Shown piece by piece: positions 13,141 to 25,755 of a stretch of 64,000 nt of DNA. Both the position numbers and the translations under genes were made by a program. Location of the stretch: NCBI RefSeq assembly GCF_021028975.2, contig NC_059435.1, positions 38,998,001 through 39,062,000 of the forward strand, written 5' to 3'. The DNA is from Sphaerodactylus townsendi. Lineage: Eukaryota. Position 1 is the stretch's first letter; every line of letters begins with the position of its first letter. The notes beneath the pieces were generated by a model that saw nothing but the letters and a program-made list of their open reading frames with translations, did no database searches and was not told where the DNA came from.

Positions 13141-14744
13141 GGGATTTTTTTTCTCCTTTCCATTTACACTATCATAAATTACAAAGCATTGTCACTTCAC
13201 AAAATAAAACCATTTGCATACCATTTTAAATGACAGTATTTAGTACATAATCTACAACAATTAAGTCTGTACAGTTTAGGAGAATCTTTAGTAGTATTGT
13301 ACCAGCAAATCAGACTTCATTAACATCTGGCTTACAGCCTTCATCTCTCTAGCCCTTGGTAACCTGATGCAAAGGCTAATATACATTATTTCTTGGGCCT
13401 CTTTTTTGCCTTCATTTGTTTTCATTATCAAATTACATACTTTTTTTCAATTTCAACAGAAACCTATGCTCCCTGAAATAATTCAGAAAACAGCATCACT
13501 GAGTTTTAAAAACTGATTTGTACAAATCAATAAGAAAGCTTAATAGAGCTTTTCATATTGAAAATCCACTTTTGTAATAAACTATGCTACTTGTTGAAAT
13601 ATTTATACAAAATCTCATGATGCGAAAAAGTCTAATATTAGGAATGAACTGCATTAGATAAGATAACAAGGTTAACCTCTGGAAAGAACAGGCAAACATA
13701 CCCAGGAGATTTGGTAATGTACCAATTCTCTCTCTCCTTTATTGACACATTTTTCCAAAAACAATGAAGAGAAATACTTAATTTTCAACAAGTTTTCTTT
13801 TTATAAATACAAAAGCTAAGTTATGCAACTTGGCTTTCAAAAAATAAAAATAAAAAAGTCTAAATAAGTGCTAAATTTCAGCAAGACCAGAAAATATCCA
13901 ATATTCTGGCACCACATCTTTTAGACATTATTGTGTTCCAAGAAACAGATGTTATGTGTGGTAGATGATTCTCATACAAAAATGTGGGAAGAAATCTTCT
14001 ATATCTTTTTGGAGGTGTGGATGAACATATTGTAACTGCTCCAGAATGCTATACTACTAATAGTAGTATAGAATTCTAGTTTCTAGAATATAACATAAGC
14101 CAAAGAATGATACACTTGAGAAATGAAGTTTTTAAAAACATTTGCAATGGAAGAGCTATATGAGGATAATACTGCACTAGTGGTAAATATTTTCAATGTG
14201 ACATTGTGATAATGGTGAAGAGAAATATATGGAAAATCATCAATGCACCGCATTGGATTATACTTCACTAAAATAAAAAGACATTTTTTGCAGCTAAATA
14301 AGGTAACTATATTTTTAAAAACTTGTTTGTTTCACTTGAGACATATATAATTATGCCTTAAATAGAAAGAAATTGTATATCCTGATACAACTAATACTGT
14401 TAAATCCCCTGACCCTAAATATGATGAACAAGATCAAAAATCCTATGTTGCCTTTTCAGTCTCTTTTATGAATGAAACGTCCTTCCATGCAGAAGAAATT
14501 TCCTATTATGCATGAAAAACATTCAACGGTTCATAGGGGAGAACTGGGAAGAGAACTGTATCTATGGAGCTTTGTCTGAACATGAGATGTTGCTGCAACC
14601 CAGCTACTGCAAATTTACCTTTTTTCATAAAAGGACAGTAATCAATATGCACAGAGGAAAACTGAAAATATGAGTGTATAGCTAGAACTCTAACCTATGG
14701 CCATCACAGAGAAATAAATCTCACTGTGTTAAGTTTCTCACTTA

Positions 14745-15298
14745 AGCCAAGCGTTTCAAGATCGGCCACCTCGGCCTTCACGCCGGCCAGAGAGTTCTTG
14801 GCGGCGTATGGGGCGGAAGCCCGCTTCGCACGCAAGCGTTTCGCGAGCAGGCCAAGCGAAGAGGTCCGTTTAGGAAGGCGGCTCCGCGACGGAGTCGCCT
14901 CTTCCCGGCTCCTCCGTCAGATTGATGATAATCGTCGTCGCCTCGCTGGCCGTCTAAGCCCGCCCGCGCTTCGCCCTCCCACCCCTGGAGGTCGGAGGAC
15001 GAATAATGAAAGGCGGCTTTGACGCTGCAACGGGCGGCAACGAATTTGAGGACATCGTGGATCGGACGGAGGAGAGGGAGACAGCGTCTTCCCGGCGGCA
15101 GCTGGGTTCGGCGACTCATCGCCGCCAGGAAGACGCTTCCTCCCCAACAACAACCCTTTAAAGGGTTGTTGTTTAGGGCGGCCTGACACCGCCCTGGGGG
15201 GAGGGAAGCGGAGTCAGGGTGCCTGTGCGAACGGCGGCCTGGGGGCGGCGTTTTTATCGCCCCCAGGCCGTCGTTTATGGGCCGTGCGGAAACGGCCC
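14745..15298. mobile_element. CpG-rich Harbinger-like element in the probable CHN2 3' UTR
   Basis: The right end GTGCGGAAACGGCCC matches the MITE-family termini. It shares internal blocks (ttcgcacaggc, cccctggaggtcggagg) with the 62034-62446 element. The left TIR is not recognisable, so that boundary is approximate. Confidence 0.65.
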
Positions 15299-15991
15299 TG
15301 ATGACTATGATCTAAAGTTATTTGTATGCAGCAGTGAGATGGGTATCTGCAATTATACATGTGGAGTCTACTTCAAACAGGTGATGGACGTTTCAGCTCA
15401 AAAGTGCTGATCTCTAGAACATCAGAGCAGATTGCACCAATAAATCTGTGTGGTGATATACTCAAGCTATAGATGTGCCCCTCTAACATCACTCTCTTCA
15501 GAAGGGTGAACATTATGTTAACACCTATTTCCATGCATGGTTTAGTTTTGCTGGTTTGGGTGTACATGTTCAATCCTACAAACTGCTTTGCTGATCTCGT
15601 TTCTTAAATAGGAATTGTGCCAGCAATAGTACTTTGGGGATCAGTTTAAAAGTACCTTTTTGCTTTAATGATCTAAATAACCATGTAAAGTTTGTGTCCT
15701 TTAATAAGTTAATAATATAACAGTATGTAACCTTTCAGCACAGATACATACTGGAAACAAGGCAAAGGATACAAGGCAAGAGGATTTTTTTCTGACCTTT
15801 GTTCTCTCTTAAATAATAATAAAAAAGAGGTATATGTCTATGAGACATATACTTTACTAAATGTTTTGGTGTTTATCTGCAACACAGCAGAAAATGAAGT
15901 GCTACCCATTTTTCTTGCTCTTCTGAGAATTTGTTTTTCTTTAAACTTAGACTTTCATAGCAGATGGCTATGAATTTATTCCTTCATTTGT

Positions 15992-16163
15992 CTAAAACAA
16001 AACATCTTCATTTTCTATTAATATTTGTACGATCAGCTTCTGGTACCGCATATCATTGAGCGTAGCAAGAGTGCTGTCCTCTGGGGGTCTCATTAGGGTC
16101 GGCCCAAACACTATTCCCAGATTTTCAGCATTCATAAAATTATCTTTTTCATTCATGGTAATC
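15992..16163 (-). CDS. CHN2: Beta-chimaerin last coding exon (172 nt including TAG), RhoGAP C-terminus
   Basis: Manual translation after ttccaattcag|G gives [56 protein letters not shown]. It contains the RhoGAP motif [10 protein letters not shown]. Not in the ORF track. Confidence 0.95.
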
Positions 16164-17124
16164 CTGAATTGGAAGACAAAAGTAAAAACTTTATTCGTTG
16201 TTGTTTTTTTGGCACTGTTTTCATGTTATAAAGTTATATTTGCTTCATGGGTAAATAATGGCATATAGTGCTTCTACAACCATAACAGTAAGATTTATGA
16301 TGAAAAGTTACTACAATGGATAAACCAGCATAACTGTCAAAAATCCCTTGAAATAATTTTTAATTGACATATACCATGCATGCATGCTATGAAGCACCTA
16401 TGAATTTAGGTTGCCAAGTTTGCTTTAATGGAGACAGTGGTTTTGTGAACATTCCTCGAACTGAAACAGAATGAAAGGAATGGAGAAGCCTTTGTGAGCA
16501 AGAAACTCCAAGTGAAGAATGCATACTGCTCCAGAGAATTATTGAACTTGGACAGTATAATTACAGCAATAAACCAAAAACAATAATGAACTTATTTAAT
16601 ACAAGGGCCATATCACAGGAGATTTGTAAACACATGTTTGTCCAGGGAGAAATTTCTTCTGGGATGATGGTATGGAGGAAAAACTTGAACTGGAGATCTG
16701 GACTATTCTCTAACTGGCTATGGTCCTATTTTCCTTACCTAGGGATCTGAGGAAAACATGTGGGTAGATACAAACTGGTCAGCTCACAATGCTAAGAGAT
16801 ACTAATTGCCATGATGATGAAATAGTGGCCAACAGAGCCAGTAGGAGCTGGTATGGGGAAGAGCTATGGCCAAGTGTTGGGGCCTAGGCCAGAGCACAAA
16901 AGGCCCCAGATGCCTTGCAAAAGATGCCTCTGTGGAGTGCCTCTGGAGTAGGCTGTTGGTTATATGGCTCTACAAAGCCTAGTCTGCAGCTCTTTTGCTG
17001 TTGTACCCAAGCAGACAGCTGGCAAGGTGGAGCAGGACAGGAAGCACGGCCTGGCCAGGAGGCTGTGGCCAAATGCCTGTGGAGGCCATAGGAACAGTAG
17101 GAACAATCCAAGAGCTGTATACAC

Positions 17125-17564
17125 TATACTGACCAGATTTTTCGTATTAAAAAGTGGGGGGCGCACACCCACACACTGCCTTTTGCGGCGGCGCTCCCCA
17201 GTCAGGAGGGAAGCGCCCCAGAAGGCACTGCAGCAGCCGCAGTGCCTTCTGGGGTGCTTCCCTGTTTCCTGACCAGGGAGCGCTGCGCAAAAGGCTGCCT
17301 TTTGCGCGGCGCTCCCCGGTCAGGAGGGAAGCGCCCCAGAAGGCACTGCGCAGGAGGGAAGCGCCCCAGAAGGGAAGCGCCCCAGAAGGCAGCCGCAGTG
17401 CCTTCTGGGGCGCTTCCCTGTTTCCTGACTGGGGAGCGCCGCCGCAAAAGGCAGTGTGCTGCTGCTGGCCATTGTCCGTAATCGGGACAATGGCATAAGC
17501 CCGGCGGGACACTCTACGCAAAAGCGTGAGTGTCCCGCGAAAACCGGGACGGCTGGTCACCGTA
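17125..17564. mobile_element. Non-autonomous hAT (Blackjack-like termini) with internal alternating direct and inverted repeats
   Basis: Perfect 8-bp TSD GTATACAC (17117-17124 and 17565-17572). TIR TATACTGACCAG / CTGGTCACCGTA. The interior is built from gaagcgccccagaaggcactgc units in both orientations. Confidence 0.8.
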
Positions 17565-18222
17565 GTATACACTAACTAGGCGCTTGGCTGTGTTGCTAGG
17601 GGCATTGTGGGCAGCAGCCATGACAACTGGTGGCCCTTCTGCTCCACTTGGCATCTCATCACGTTCGCCACTCGAGTCAGTTCCATTAGTGATAAAAGTC
17701 TGTACCCTTGTACTCTGCTTCTCCATGTTCCCATGAGTCAGGCAGAAGTGCCAGAGAGAAGGAAGATGCCATGTCTATGCCTCTGGGTGGGTCAAGCTCA
17801 AGCCCCATGAACCCAGGTTGCTGGAGAGCATTGCAGCTTTTCCAGAATAGTAAATGAGGCCATCTAGACCAAGGGAAGGGGGACCAGGGAGTTTGAAGGA
17901 GAAGTGGTTGGCTGGCAAGAAAGGAGAGCTCAGTAGCTGAAGCTGCTGTGGAGAACAAGGAGAAAGGGGAGGTATCTGCCAGACAGAGGGGTGACTAACA
18001 TTGGGATGTTGTATGGCTTAATAATCTTGTTGAGGCAGCAAATGTAGGGAAAGGGCTAGACCTGAAGGGTAAATGGCATCGGGCCTGGAGGATAGCACAA
18101 AGATATTTATCCCTTGGCTTGGCATTTATCACTTTTTATCTTGCCCTTTTCAAGGCATGTAGGCAAGTGGGATTGGCAATATGTAGGGAAAGCCTTACTG
18201 GATCATGTTAAAGTCCATCTAC

Positions 18223-18520
18223 AGCAGTGGCGTAGGAGGTTAAGAGCTCGTGTATCTAATCTGGAGGAACCGGGTTTGATTCCCAGCTCTGCTGCCTGAG
18301 CTGTGGAGGCTTATCTGGGGAATTCAGATTAGTCTGTACACTCCCACACACGCCAGCTGGGTGACCTTGGGCTAGTCACAGCTTCTCGGAGCTCTCTCAG
18401 CCCCACCTACCTCACAGGGTGTTTGTGGTGAGGGGGGAAGGGCAAGGAGATTGTAAGCCCCTTTGAGTCTCCTGCAGGAGAGAAAGGGGGGATATAAATC
18501 CAAACTCTTCTTCTTCTTCT
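18223..18520 (+). mobile_element. tRNA-derived SINE (Squam3-like), full length
   Basis: A-box (tggcgtaggaggtt) and B-box-like (ggtttgattcc) head, core gggtgaccttgggctagtcacag...ctctcagccccacctacctcacaggg, and a (CTT)n tail. The family name is from recollection. Confidence 0.85.
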
Positions 18521-18712
18521 ACATCTAGGAATTCCACATTTGCAACATTAAAGGCAATAGCAACAACATTTCTTCTGTAGTTGATGTTTAGAGATATACT
18601 GTCTCTGATCATGGAGGCTCTGTTTAGCTGACAAGATTAATGGCATATTTTCTATAAGTTTGTATAACTCCCTTTTAAAGCAATATGGCCATAAATACGG
18701 TGAATTTCTATG

Positions 18713-19047
18713 CAGAGGTGGAGCTACCAGGGAGCCAGGGTGCATGTTGCACCAGCGCATGCTGGAGGGGGGAGTGCACAAAAAATTCAGGTTCGTTTGT
18801 GGGTTTTTTATTTTTAGTTTTTGGACTGCAGGGGGCACAGCTTTTAGGCTAGCAGCACCAAAATTTCAGGGATTGTTTGGGAGACTCTCCTGATGATATC
18901 ACCCAAGTTAGGTGAGGTTTGGCTCAGCGAGTCCAAAGTGATGCTGTTTGGGGGTGGATTCCAGCATCACAGCGGCCGCCCATGGGTGGGGGTGGGTGCA
19001 AAACTCAGATTTTGCACTGGGCTCCATTTTCCCTAGCTATGCCTCTG
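18713..19047. mobile_element. Non-autonomous hAT element
   Basis: Perfect 8-bp TSD TTTCTATG. TIR CAGAGGTGGAGCTA / TAGCTATGCCTCTG. Confidence 0.8.
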
Positions 19048-19595
19048 TTTCTATGTTATGTGCTGTATAAAGAATTCATTACCAGCACTATCTTGACAGT
19101 ACTTCTGGTCAGTCAGTCTGCCATTATTACGGCCCACAGGCCATTCATAAATGCAATCACCATGTTATTATTGTAATGAAATGCAAAGTTAAAGTACCAA
19201 ATAATCATAAACAGACCATTGCAGAGTAAAGCCACGTGCTAAAACCTATTCATTAAAGCTCAATTAGATCTAATAGTAATGTTGACAGGTTAATTTAGAT
19301 TTAATAAGCTGTGCTACCTTCATTATAAGGCTCAAACATGTTTTGCGGTTCTAGGCAGGTTTTTTTTTTTTTGGGGGGGAGCAAAAATAGCTCTTTTGGT
19401 AGTAAAGGTTTCTGCCCCCGTCCTAGTCTGAGCATGAAGAAGAGGAGTACCACTGCAGTGACATTAGGAGGAGTAACCCACTGGAGTTGGCTAAGAGCCC
19501 TGGAATACCTCCAAAAATATCATAGTTTAAACAAGGTCTGTAATTCTATGCCAGACAAGTTGGCCAACTATCATTTTGCAGGGAAATTAACTTAC

Positions 19596-19701
19596 TTATT
19601 GAGATGAATCATCAAAAATCTCAGAGTCTCATAGTGTGCAGCTGGAAGTAGCATCAAGACTTCATGGACTGCTTCTAACCTTTCATCAGGATTACAGATT
19701 T
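19596..19701 (-). CDS. CHN2: Beta-chimaerin RhoGAP exon (106 nt)
   Basis: tatatag|AA ... AA|gtaagt translates (K)[34 protein letters not shown](K). Phases match the neighbouring exons. Not in the ORF track. Confidence 0.93.
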
Positions 19702-19879
19702 CTATATAATACGATACAAGGTTTATATAAGCTCAGAGGTCAATAAAACATTTTTTTTTAAAAAGAAATCCATATTTTTCCTGAGGCATTTTAGAACTGA
19801 CACAAAGACAGTACTGGTAAAGTTTGCTCTGCTTTGTACATGCACAGAAATACAGGGGGATTACTAATAACTAATAGGG

Positions 19880-20339
19880 CAGTGATGGCAAACCTTTTCA
19901 AGTGCCCAAATTGCAACCCAAAACCCATTTATTTATCGCAAAGTGCCAACACGGCAATTTAACCTGAATACTGAGGTTTTAGTTTAGAAAAAACTGTTGG
20001 CTCCGAGGCGTGTGTTACTCAGGAGTGGTAGTTGGTGGCTTTGCTTTGAAGCAACTGTGCAACTCTTCCAAGGGGTGAATCACGACCCTAGCAGGGTTTA
20101 CTCAGAAGCAAGCCCCATTGCCAGCAACCGAGCATACTCTCAGGTAAAGGATTGCGCTTTAGTTCTTCACATGAAAATCAGTGGCGTTTAACAGCGCTTA
20201 ACAGGGTTACCTACACTGCTTCCCCAAAATTAGGTCTTAGGTTTAATGCTAATAATAGAGCCCAGCAGCCCAGGCCAGCCTAGATGTGTGTGTGGGAGGG
20301 GGGCGACTCTGGCACCCGTGCCATAGGTTCACTACCCTG
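19880..20339. mobile_element. Non-autonomous hAT (Charlie-like termini)
   Basis: Perfect 8-bp TSD TAATAGGG. Termini CAGTGATGGCAAACCT...AGGTTCACTACCCTG. Confidence 0.8.
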
Positions 20340-20586
20340 TAATAGGGCAATCTGAATGTTGGTATCCTTTGATCAAAGAGCAATATAGTAAAGATCCACC
20401 AAATACTTATTAACACCAGAAATTGGTAAGCAAGGTAAAACAGAGACATCTTGCAGACAACCATTCTTTTGCTGCTTTCCTTTCCTGATGTAAGCCAAAG
20501 CAGCTTACATCAGCCTCCCCTCCTACATGTTATACTTGCAACAATGCTAGCTGAGACAATGTCACTGATTCGAAGATGTTTAGGAA

Positions 20587-20702
20587 GGCCCCTTCCGCAC
20601 CTGCACAATAATGCCCTTTCAATCCATAGTTTGCAACTGGATTTTGCTATTCTGCACAGCTACAAAGTACATTGGAAGTGGACTGAAAGTGCGGAAGGGG
20701 CC
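20587..20702. mobile_element. ~140-bp Harbinger-like MITE family, internally deleted copy
   Basis: TIR GGCCCCTTCCGCAC...GTGCGGAAGGGGCC. The body matches copies at 32319, 54603, 58842 and 61101. Confidence 0.8.
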
Positions 20703-21119
20703 TTAGATTCCATGTTTGATCAGGCATAAAAACCTGGCTCTCCCTGATCCTTGTCAGACACTGTTGTAGCAAAACAAAGCAGAAATCTAGTGGCACTGAA
20801 CATGCATTTTGTTGCCCTTACCAGTCTCTCTACTTCATGCTTGTTGTAGCCTCTTTCTCATGCTAAGCTGATGTAATTTTTCTGCTTCAGGATTTAGATA
20901 CTTCCCTGCATAGCAGCTTTAACACAAGGATCCACAATGCAATCCTAAGCACGTATACTCAGAATCCTGCTGAAGTCTATTCCTTGGGGCTTAATCCTAG
21001 GAACGTGTGTTCTTAAACGATGTGTCATGTACTTGGTGTCTAAAGAAGAGCATCCATTTGATAGAAAACTTCCCATAACAAAATAATAAACGAAAGAAGG
21101 GGTATGTCTCAGTACTTAC

Positions 21120-21257
21120 TTGCTGCCTCTATAAACTTGGAATAGGTATCATAGGTGATTACAGGAATTGGTAAGTCTCTGAAATACAGCTTTAGTGCTC
21201 CAGCAATGATGTTTATGTCTGGATAGAGGTTGGCGGAGACATCTACCTTGTCGCCAT
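21120..21257 (-). CDS. CHN2: Beta-chimaerin RhoGAP exon (138 nt)
   Basis: ttttctag|AT ... A|gtaagt translates (D)[45 protein letters not shown](K), with the RhoGAP motif LKLYFRDLP. Confidence 0.95.
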
Positions 21258-24200
21258 CTAGAAAAGGAGAATAAATTAAAAGTCCTTGGTTTGTTTTCAT
21301 CATAAGAACATAAGAACAAGCCAGTGCTAGATGCGACACATAGTTCTTCAAATATAACTACGTAGTTTTTAAACTGCTAAAGAATTAAAGGTGTGGTCAG
21401 TGTGTGGTGACCTCTGTGAAAACTGTTTGTGTATGCGTGTGTGCACACACACAACTGACTTACGTGGCCTATCACCAACTTTCTTGATTTTTGCTCAGCC
21501 TATCTCATCAGCTGGCTCTTGTCCCTTCACTGCATTCTCTGAAATTCCAACAATCGTGTTGCAGGCTATATTTATGTAAGTGCAGGAACTTGTCTCTTGG
21601 CAGCACCTATAGACATCACAACAGTCTGGGAATATTTCAGAACAACAGACGGGGCAATGCTTATTCAGTGTGTAGGCACTCCTCTGTTGCACTGTAATGG
21701 ATCATAGTATTCCCTTCACTTTCCACTTCTGGTTACCTATGAGCTCACTGCTGCCTTTTTTCCTATTTGAAAGAGCACTGATAAATAAATGTTATGCATA
21801 GTTATAGCTGAGCCTTTTATTCAGCTTGTAGATTGACAGCAGTAATGCTTTGTAATTCTTTTAAAGGTTTTATGTTCAGCAGGTCAGCATTTTAGAAGCT
21901 CTGTAGATAAACCTATGATATTAGTTACATTCAAAGGTCTATAGTCTACAAAAATATATACACAGCATCGCAACTGGAGCAGAAGTTACAGGTGTGAATG
22001 AAGGAACAAAAAGTTAACATTTCAATCATACACAGAGCTATTTTGTATGAAAGTCAAGTCATTCTTGAGCCTTGGAGAGCATGCCTTTAAAACAAGCCTA
22101 CATGAAGAAACAAAGTGATCGGGAACCATATATTAGCATTTACCCTAATTCAGTACCATTTTTGCCGTCACAATGTTTATTTTGCCCCAGCCAGTCTCAT
22201 ATTGATCCTCCCATACTTGGCATGGTGGCATTAGTATTATAAAACATTGTTTGGACAGCTCTATTTAATTGCAGTACAATGGGCACTTTAATGAAAGCAA
22301 AAGCTTTTTTTTGCCGGGGGGGGGGGGGATCTGCAGCTGCATCCACATCCATTGAGATGGAGTAAAGCAGAGCGTTGTGTTCATTATCCTGAACCTTTGT
22401 TTGATGGCAAAGTTACTAGTTTACTAAGTAAAAACTCACTCAAAGGGTAGCATAGCGAACAGTATTAGAGGAGAGTTTTAAATTAATCCTTATCTCTTTT
22501 CTCGTAACCTGCTACAATCAAAACATTTGAGAAAAGACAACTGTAAGAAGGTAGCCAGAAGGTTATCTTCTCACATCGTAACCCATAAGGAAGTTTACTG
22601 CAGAAGCTCTTGTGCAGCTCTAAAAAGCTCTAGTAATGGGAACTACTTCTGATTTAGATCAATTCATCCTTCCTGGGTCTTTACCACCTACAAGAACAGT
22701 CTCTGTTGTGATCTTTTCCTGGGTCTTCTAGGGGCTGCCCAAACTGCTTTTCAACCTCTGGCAAGCTACTGGTAGCCCACTACTAGCAGCTCATTTTGAA
22801 TCTGAACAGTGGCACCTTATACTATTCTTCTTATCCTGTTTCACTGGGGAAACATACAAGCAAGGCAAATAGCTGCTTCAGTGGGTTGAAGGAGTAGCCA
22901 CAGGGAAGGGGGATTAATCCAGGGAAGGGGTTTTAATCATCCTGACTTCCTTATGTGACTGCATCTCAGGCTTTTGTACAACTCAATGTCTTTTGAGAGT
23001 GCGAGTCAATGTAACATCAGTGAACTTATTTTTTAACAGACAGAAGAGTTTGGTTTGGAGCACGATCAGAGAAAGTATGATGAACCACTTAAAATATGAG
23101 GATGCAGATAGATCACGACTCTGAGGTGACTGCAAAAACAAATCAAGGCATCCTCCTAGCAGAAAATATGGGTTATGTGAACCCTTCTTCACACTGTTAT
23201 ATGTGGATTGTGTAGTGCCAAGCAGGGCAAACAAAAGTACAAGGACAGCTCTATGAACAAGCAGTACAATGGAAGTTTTATAGGCCTAGCAGGAATAGAA
23301 CTGGTCAACAATAGCGACACAGTGGGGAACTGTTGCTCTACAGCATCTACATTCATTCACTACAGAAATAAGCAAACATTATTTCTCTCATTCTTACTAA
23401 AACATAGTGACCCAGTGCCTTTAACAGACAAACCTGCCTGATTTTTACTCTAAAGCTAATACAATATCATTTCTACCCTTATCTTACAGACCAATGGGAC
23501 AAAATCAAGGGTGCAAATAATAATGTGCTATGTCCTTCTGACATTGTATATTTCAGACAGTTTGGAGAGATCGCTGTCATAAAGAAATCTCGATACATAG
23601 CAAGGGGATATAAAGCATATAGACTTTGATAAACCTTTTCATGGTGAAAGCTTTAATGGCTGCACTCAAAATGAGTTGCAGTAACTATTATTTGAGATCA
23701 AATATCAGCTGTTGCCATAACAGTCCTCCATTGTTATCCATGTCAGGCCATAGTAGTGTATTAGGAAAAATTCCAAGACAAAATTTTGTTTGATCTGTCA
23801 CCAGCATCACAGCTTACAGACCCCAAATCAATGGGTCTGGCTTTTGGAATGAATCATTTTTTTGCAAGTTAATGTTTTGTATACCAGTTTCAGTGAAATC
23901 TTATTGTCCCAGCACTCTGTTTGTGCTTTATTGTTGTTAGAAACATGTGATTACCTCTTCTCCCCTTTGCAACCATTACTATAGAGACTCGTGTGCTGCC
24001 ACCATGGCCAAGCCCAAACACAGGGAGGGCCAGGATGGTCATTGGGCCTAAGGCTCAAAGGGAGCCTCAGAGGTAATTTGTTAATTTCTTTAGTACCCCA
24101 TAAGTTTCACAAGTTGTTTTTATGCACATCCCAATCACATCAAAATGTGAAATGCTCTCTCCATTCATAACATTTTAGCTTACAGCCTAATGCTAGAAAT

Positions 24201-24589
24201 GACTTGCTCCTCTCTAAACCTCTGAGACACACAAACAAAGGAGAAGGTTGTAAGCATCAATGAGAGTATCCGATCCTGCCATCTTAAAAAATACATGGCA
24301 ACTTCCTCTGATAATTTAATATGCAACTATGGAGAACATGTGGCATATAAATTTATGTCATTATCGAACTCTTCCTTTCATGGGCAATACAGACAAATGT
24401 TTTACCATAGATGATGTATGTTAATTGATAAGCAGTAAAATATCAGGAAAGTATGCCATTAATGGGAGGAAAACAGCTGTTTCTTTTACTGGCTGCACAA
24501 TCATTGGTTTTCATGGGTTATGCTAATGAAAGGATATAGACAAACCAATAGAACATTTAAGGCTCTTCTTAAAGCTAAAACATACATAC

Positions 24590-24667
24590 CTCGATCAAAG
24601 GCCATTTTGACATCCTCAATATGTTCAGTGAACCCTGAGACTCTATAAATTCCTTCTGATTTCAAAC
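24590..24667 (-). CDS. CHN2: Beta-chimaerin RhoGAP exon with the catalytic arginine finger (78 nt)
   Basis: ttgcag|GT ... G|gtatgt translates (G)[25 protein letters not shown](D). The Arg codon is at 24644-24642. Confidence 0.95.
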
Positions 24668-25581
24668 CTGCAAGGCAGAATATCATTACCTTCCATTAAT
24701 CTCTGTAGATATGATTTTAGTCTATTTAAGATTACTCCCCTTCTTTCACATGAGCGCTATTCCGATGAAATAATTTCAAATACTTGCTTTATTGCCATGT
24801 TTTATTAGCACCCTGGGAGCTGCCAAACACATTTATCACAGTATGCTAGTTACAAACCTTTGTACCTAAAGCATCGATGTATGGAGAACCATGGCCTTCA
24901 AAGTATGACTTTTCATTGGTCATGTCAGCACGGAAGAAAATCAGGTGATCACTTTGAGATAAGTTGAAGTCAGTACGTGGAAAGGGGGGGGGGCTTTCTT
25001 TTAACAGCTGAAAGTAGACCTACTTAAGTACTTCAGTAATTTAGATGTTTTTATTTGATGCAATTTATTTAATGCTGGAGCTGATCAGCACAGGGAAAGT
25101 GCACTCCTTTCAACATTAAAAAAATCCGCTAAAATTACTTTCTGTTGCCTTTAAAAGGGGAGTATTATTTATTGTGACAAGCAGTGGCTTTCCAGCTTCT
25201 GAGTAGAAGCTTCTCCCAGTCCTCAGATATTTTCCAGCCAGAGGTGTCCACCTCAGCCATCATATAATATTCATACGGTATTAAAGATATTGAGACTTGA
25301 ATAAAATCTCTCTTAAAGTCGATGATGTAACGTTAGTCAAAATTCTGGATCAAGAAATCAGGTTAGATATTTTTACCTGTCCTCAGTTTGAAATATCTAA
25401 TGTTAATATTTAGGTTGACCAATGTTTTATGCTATTTTTTCACTCTTGCAAACTTTTTAACTGTTAACAACTTTCTTGGGTTTACATTTTGCTCATGTTT
25501 TATTCCGTTAGCTGCTTCAAGCACTGGAGAGATGACATATAAATTTTCTGAATAAATAGATATTGAAAAACTTTAGAATAC

Positions 25582-25755
25582 CTCTTGCTTCAATTTCACG
25601 AATGCAGATGTCTACTACCATGGGTCTCTGTGCATTGTGGGCCTTCACTAGTGTAGTGAGGTCACAGCAGTATACTCGTTTGATCCTTTTGAGGTCTGGT
25701 TGACAGTCATTCGGAACATATTTTGAACACTGTTTGTGTACATTCAAACCACAGT
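25582..25755 (-). CDS. CHN2: Beta-chimaerin exon: C1 domain end and RhoGAP start (174 nt)
   Basis: tttacag|AC ... G|gtattc translates (D)[57 protein letters not shown](G). Confidence 0.95.

Noticed and set aside
14726-15410. Cluster of Arg-rich ORFs or a separate CpG-island promoter
   Set aside because: It coincides with a MITE that has a relative at 62034-62446.
17147-17572. Repetitive ORFs or a CRISPR-like array
   Set aside because: The repeats alternate in orientation, lack unique spacers and lie inside a TSD-bounded hAT element in a eukaryotic intron.
18223-18300. tRNA gene
   Set aside because: The A/B boxes continue into a SINE body and tail that recur many times in the window. No full cloverleaf is evident.
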